A DNA stretch of 54,130 nt from Girardia tigrina. Its lineage: Eukaryota. Below the pieces are notes generated by a model. It was not told the origin of the DNA and did no database searches. It worked only from the letters and a program-made list of their open reading frames with translations. Position 1 is the stretch's first letter. Every line of letters starts with the position of its first letter. The position numbers were made by a program, and so were the translations under genes. Shown here piece by piece: positions 48,762 to 54,130 of this stretch. The stretch is from assembly GCA_001938485.1 (NCBI GenBank), contig MQRK01200470.1:1-54130 (forward strand), given 5' to 3'.

Positions 48762-49254
48762 GTAATTAGCGTTTATGCCACTTTCATTATTATCAGCTTC
48801 AATACTCATAATTCAACACAAACAATTTTATTACATCAACAATTCACATATAGAAACAAAGTTCTTGTTAATTCAATTATCTCGCAAAAATTAATCTATT
48901 AAAATTTATTTTCGATTCAAATTTTAAAATTTAACAAACTTTAAAACTTTAAATTTATAAAATAATTTTTTCATTAAAACTAAAAATTTATTTTAAAATT
49001 TATATAAAATTATTTTATAACTTCTATAAAAAATATATCAATTGTTATGACTGTAAAATTATTTTTATTTATAAATAAGTATTTAATTTTTTTAATGGTT
49101 TGCTTTATTATATCATCTTTAATTTTAAAATATTTAATAGACTTATTAACATAAAAAATATTTTTATTTTTAATTTTAAACTTTTGTATTTTTTTAAAAT
49201 TTTAAATTAAAAAAATAATAAATTATTTTGGCGAAATGCAAATTTAAATTACCC
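48762..49254. repeat. Second copy of the 37841-38318 MITE-like repeat
   Basis: Direct sequence comparison by eye. Confidence 0.8.
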
Positions 49255-49624
49255 GTCATAGCAATAGTTTGGTCAACGATAAAGTTACCACAACCATTCA
49301 AAATGTTAATATCTCAAGTTGTTATGATCAAGGATAAGTAGTATTCATGTACCATATTTATTAAATCTTGTAGAATACGAGCGAAATAAATAAAATAAAT
49401 AATTATTCAAAGAAAATCAAAAAATGAATGTTCGACCAGATTAAATCCAGGTATTAAAAACGTCGTCCAGATTCAAACATTATTAATTATTAACTAAAAA
49501 ATAATAATAGAAAAATTAAAGCAGGCAATTTTCATTGGTAAATAAACTTTTGTTTATTTTAATGAATTATATTAACATTATTTATTAATAATTACAAAAA
49601 TTCATTTGTCATTTTGCTCAACAG

Positions 49625-49978
49625 ACACGAATGGGACCCTGAAATCGGAGTCATGCATATCAAAAGAGAAATATCAGACTCTGTAGACATTTGTTACATG
49701 GAAGTCGCCAGCAATCCTCCGCAAAGCAAGCGACAAATGAATTTGATCAGAGGATGCCAGCGCAATATCGATGGAAATACTAATGTATTGGTTACTCAAT
49801 CTGTTGATGATAATTTGCCGACAATTGATAAAAAACCATTGAAGCATTTATCATTATATGATCAAGAAACTGATACAGAGAAAAATATTATTAATGTTAT
49901 TCAAGATGATGTGATTATTGAATATTTTCCTAATTCCCAGAAGTCTCGGATCAATTGGTTGTCTAGAATTGATTTAAA
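49625..49978 (+). CDS. RhoGAP-START gene, exon E (START domain)
   Basis: Acceptor ctcaacag; AG+A gives Arg. Reads RHEWDPEI...DICYMEVASNPPQSKRQMNLIR...VLVTQSV...IIEYFPNSQKSRINWLSRIDL. Donor gtatcg. Confidence 0.9.
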
Positions 49979-50023
49979 GTATCGTTTATGATTGTGTTAT
50001 CACCACTGATACCTCTCTTTCAG

Positions 50024-50120
50024 GGGTCACTCCACCGAGTGGTACCTTCGACAATGGAGTCATGTTCTCATCCGGCGAATGATTCATTTAAAGATTGCCT
50101 GCGCTCAAATAAAAATTTGA
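50024..50120 (+). CDS. RhoGAP-START gene, terminal coding exon F
   Basis: Not in the ORF track. Follows a 45-nt intron (49979-50023, gtatcg...ctttcag). (K)GHSTEWYLRQWSHVLIRRMIHLKIACAQIKI* matches DLC 'DLRGHxPEWY'. TGA at 50118-50120. Confidence 0.9.
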
Positions 50121-51099
50121 TCTTTATCATATTTATTTTATTCAAATGAATCGTGATAAAAAAAACTTGAGATAAATTGTGTTATATATTTTGCTACTTA
50201 TACGTTTATCAAAAAAGATAATATTAATTGTAGCGGGTGATATTTTATTATTTTTATCTATTATTTTTTCCATAAAATTTGAGTATTTGATCTTATTGAA
50301 CAATTGAAAGAAATGTTTAAAATAGAAAATGGAAAATAATATTTTCCTTTTTTTATTTAAATTGTTTATTTTTATGTTAAACTTTATTTAAATGTGTATA
50401 AATTCATATATTATTTTCTTTTGACTTAATTCCAAATAAAAAAGAATTCGTATATTAAAATAACTTTACGGAAATATAAATTTAAATTATTATATTTTTG
50501 TTTAATTAATTTATATAAAGTTCTTTATTTATTAGAAAATCTTTTATAATCAAATAACTCTTCGAAGTTTTTTTTATGAATGTATTTTTACATTATCACA
50601 TTCGTCATACAAAATGACTGCAAAAATTAATTTTATTTTAATTTTTGAATGCAAGTAACAAAAATATATATTAAAAAAATCAAATATAACATAAAATGGA
50701 ATTAATGTAATTTATATAAGAAATAAATTTTCAAAATATTAATTATTCAGTGTTCATTTACTCATTCCTATCCTCATAATTTTGTTATATACAAATTAGG
50801 ACAAGTTTTTTAGAAAAAAATATGAAGAAGATTCGTGAGGCAGAAGTAAACTGCTCGCTTCCCCATAAGAGTCACCTTAAACTACATTTGTCTACATAGC
50901 AAATAATTCAGTCTCCTAGTAACATTTATCATGAAAACTTGGAGCACAACTAGTGAAAAATAGACTCCCCCAGTTAAAAACAACGCGTGAGTAGCAAAAA
51001 CAAGTTGGTAGTCCAACGCTAATGAAATAAAGAAGAGAAATTAAAATCAAGATTTATAACCCTCCATTTTGGAAGTGTCACAATGAATAGCCTGCTAGA

Positions 51100-52180
51100 C
51101 AAAATAGTTTGCTAAATTTCATGTGCAATCGATATATTGTACCTCTCAAAATTTTCAAAACTCTTTGCTTTATCATCCATAAAGCATTGTGATATCCCTG
51201 GTCATCTTCGCAAAGTTGCAATTTCTATCAAAGACGATCTAGTGGAAAGCCATCTAGTTTACTTTGTCACAATCTTTGGTAGATAGAAAAATTATGTAAC
51301 AGATAATAACGACATGTCTTTTATTCTGTTCTGCTCTCGTGAACCATCTAAAGTCCACACTTATGTACGGTTTCATGTTAACTGGCATAATAATGAAATC
51401 TATTTTGCACTAAATCCTTGATATTCTCAATTTCCGAATCATCGTTTTTTGGTGTATTTACAGTAAATTCTAGACTTAACGGCTGCTGCCAGAAGTACTT
51501 TTCATAACGGTACATAATTTTTATCCCTTTGACGAGCGGTTCACTTGAGGAACCTTATTATCAGTTACTTCCTCAAAAGCTTAGAGTATATAAGCCAGCC
51601 TTTTTTATTTTAGTGAAGTATAAAGAGAAGAGCATTGTGTATCGATACCGAAAGACTTTGTAAAATAGTGTGTTTGATTGACTTAACGACTTGCAACAGC
51701 ACCTGTGCAAGCTCTATGACTCCTAAAATCTTCCAATGTGAATCTGTCGGGACAATTTTATTGCAACTCTGGTAGAAATAAATGGTCGTGATTCACCTGT
51801 GTCTTTAAGACATAATTTATTGCTGTTGTGGATGCAACTCTCAATTATGATGGCAAAGTGATCAATGATCGAATTATTCAGACAAAATTTACAGTTTAAT
51901 TTTCGTAAAACTTATATTATATAAAAATGTTTATTATATTCATTCAAATTGGAATTTAAATATTGTTAATCGAGTATTTTTAAATGATTCGAAGTCATAA
52001 AACATTTTTGTTGAAAGTGTTTAAGTGTAACAATAATTACATAATCGATTATGTAATCATTGTTTTACCATGCTAATGTTAACAGCTAGAATCAAAATCG
52101 CCTGATGATGAAGGATATTCCGTCGGAATATACTGCTTTAATAAAAAAATAATTTAAAATGGCGTCTTTTAATTACTTAA
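51100..52180 (+). mobile_element. Decayed Penelope-like element 3' region with a hammerhead remnant (52102-52133)
   Basis: Traces of the RT C-terminus (NW...NEI...QFP) and GIY-YIG (IV...TCNST). CTGATGA-T-GAAGGA(TAT)TCCGTC-GGAA-TATA has one stem II mismatch and GAAA changed to GGAA. Confidence 0.58.
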
Positions 52181-52656
52181 CTGATGTTTAAATTCAAACC
52201 AAACTTTCTTTCTTATTTTTAAAAAATAATCACATAATAACTTCGATTTGTCATCTAAATCCGTGGCTTGAATTCCATCTATCAGTAAGTCCATCGATTT
52301 CGCTGTGGTATTGTTCTTTGGTTTTAAAGGTTAAAAAATTCCCAGTGCCCCTTTTTGAGTTTGTCCAGACTGTTAAAGTTACTGTCACGAAGTAAATCAT
52401 CATGGAACGGAAAAAAAGAGTTAACAGTACAAAGTTTAGAATTGAAGCTTTGTATAGAAGTTCAATCGTGTCAAGATTTTTTTTATCTTTTCTATGGGTT
52501 ATCTGGCGGCTTGTGGTAGTGCTATGAGTCTGAAACTCTAAAAAAACAAAAAGATGCCAATATGGAGTACATATGTGAATATGTAAGTTTCATTTTCGGA
52601 TTTCTTGAAATCAATACATGAGAACCCCTGTTTTGTTCTTTTCAATTTAATTTGAG

Positions 52657-53169
52657 TGTGAGTAATATTTTAAATTGTTTGAATGTGTAAATGTATGGAT
52701 GCTGTATGTTGATTTAAGTATGTTGAATTTAGAATGGTGATTCTGCAACCCAGATGGAAATTGGTATTTTTTTATTTAAATTTGAAGTAATTGACTATTC
52801 GAACATAATTAAAATAATCATTTTATAAGTTCATATTTTGTTTAATTTAACAATTAAAATTAAGTTTAATATTTTTTAGTAAAATTAAATTAAATGCATT
52901 TTTAATAATTTGATGATATTTTTATTATTTTGGATTTAATTGAGAAATGGTAAAAAATATTATTTTTAATTAATCATTTTTAAAAGTTAAATATTTTAAA
53001 AAATGACTTAGAAAAATTGTTCGAATAATCAGGATTAAAAATAGAAATAAGAAAACCAATTAGAATGATTAAAAACGATGAAAGACTTTCTGAGAGTTTT
53101 AATGGCTCTAAATGTAATTGCAATAAAGATTCATACGAGACTTGTTTAAATGTTCTTAATATCTTAAAA
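52657..53169 (+). mobile_element. LTR related to family A and 8132-8562
   Basis: Starts TGTGAGTAATATTT, has the CCCAGATGGAAATTG core and GTTCTTAATA near the 3' end. No clear TSD. Confidence 0.65.
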
Positions 53170-53644
53170 TAATGTTATTATATAACGTTGATTGTTTTTT
53201 ATTTTTTATTATCAATTTTTTGGTAGTTTAAAATGAATAAATATTTTTTTCTGAATAAGACATATAAGAATATTATAGAACTTTTTTTGGAAAAAGACTT
53301 GTATATTTTCAAATTTGAAAAATACTGAGATATTTCTTACTTTCATATTATTTTTAATTGTATCGAATGTTTCGAAATCACTTGCTAAATACCTTTTAAA
53401 AAAATGGATGAAAAATAATTCTGACGCTTTGAAATTACTTGTTGCAATGTTCTTTCAAAAAGAAAGCTTTTATCTAAAATTCCGAAAAATAATAATAATA
53501 AAAATAATTACTTTATGATAAATTTCTTGATTATTTTCTCTTCAGTAATGTAAAACATGTTTAACTGTTAAATCCAAACAATGAACTGACAAATCAAAAT
53601 AATAAAAGTATAAATTGGTCGCCAAATGCCACACCGTACACTGT

Positions 53645-54130
53645 AGTAGGGGAAAAATGAGAGTTCTGGACCACCCCCCCGGGGGGGGTCGGTAACTAGT
53701 TATCGCGCGGTTGCCATGGCAACGGTCACGGTTACCATGGCAACGGTCGTGATCACCTTAGAAACGCTTCTGATTGGCTCCTTGGTTCCCTAGCAACGGT
53801 CGCGATCACCATAGAAACGCTTCTGATTGGCCGACGGTTCCCTAGCAACGGTCGCGATCGCCATAGCAACGGTCGCGGTTACCATAGCAACGGTCGCGAT
53901 CACCACAGCAACGGTGCCGGTGATCGCCGGCATTCACTACAGCAACGGTCTGATTGGTTGACGGTTCCCTAGCAACGGTCGCGATCACCTTAGCAACGGT
54001 TCCAGTTCACATGGAAACGCTTCTGATTGGTTCCCGGCTCCTTAGCAACGGTTTCGGCCCCCCGGGTAACGGTAACCAAGGGACGTTTTTCATTAGCAAC
54101 GGATACAGTGATCCAAGGCGGTTGTAACCA
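53645..54130. repeat. GC-rich ~21-bp-periodic array of X-box-like and CCAAT motifs; probably the terminus of a large DNA element, truncated by the window edge
   Basis: Abrupt GC shift at AGTAGGGG; C7G8 palindrome; 12 GCAACGG half-sites including GTTGCCATGGCAAC (53710-53723); four CTGATTGG. Confidence 0.75.

Noticed and set aside
1993-53518. Remaining short 60-115-aa ORFs (e.g. 1993, 3738, 6275, 14705, 20995, 36212, 42904, 53315)
   Set aside because: Low-complexity AT-driven frames or alternative frames of repeats, with no domain or splice support.
53700-54100. CRISPR-like repeat/spacer appearance
   Set aside because: Units are degenerate tandem repeats without unique spacers; eukaryotic context and no cas genes.

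Overview
AT-rich, (TA)n-rich, intron-containing animal DNA; it resembles a planarian flatworm or similar invertebrate, but that is inference. One host gene is supported: the six 3' coding exons (28189-50120, + strand) of a DLC1/STARD13/crossveinless-c-type RhoGAP-START gene, with phase-compatible GT-AG junctions. The rest is mostly nested mobile DNA: Ty3/Gypsy elements and solo LTRs, Mos1-like mariner, Tc3-like, IS630/Tc1-like, pogo/Tigger, a long-TIR mariner-like element, a rosa/DD41D fragment, Helitron and HINE-like elements, piggyBac-type MITEs, and tRNA- and 5S-derived SINEs. The most notable signal invisible to the ORF track is a set of minimal type I hammerhead ribozyme motifs at Penelope-like element termini. 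Two intact copies sit back-to-back in a ~346-bp insertion flanked by a 16-bp duplication (3299-3644), and five decayed copies lie elsewhere. The window ends in a GC-rich ~21-bp-periodic array of RFX X-box and CCAAT motifs. All calls were made by eye; no alignment, folding or database search was run, and boundaries of decayed elements are approximate.
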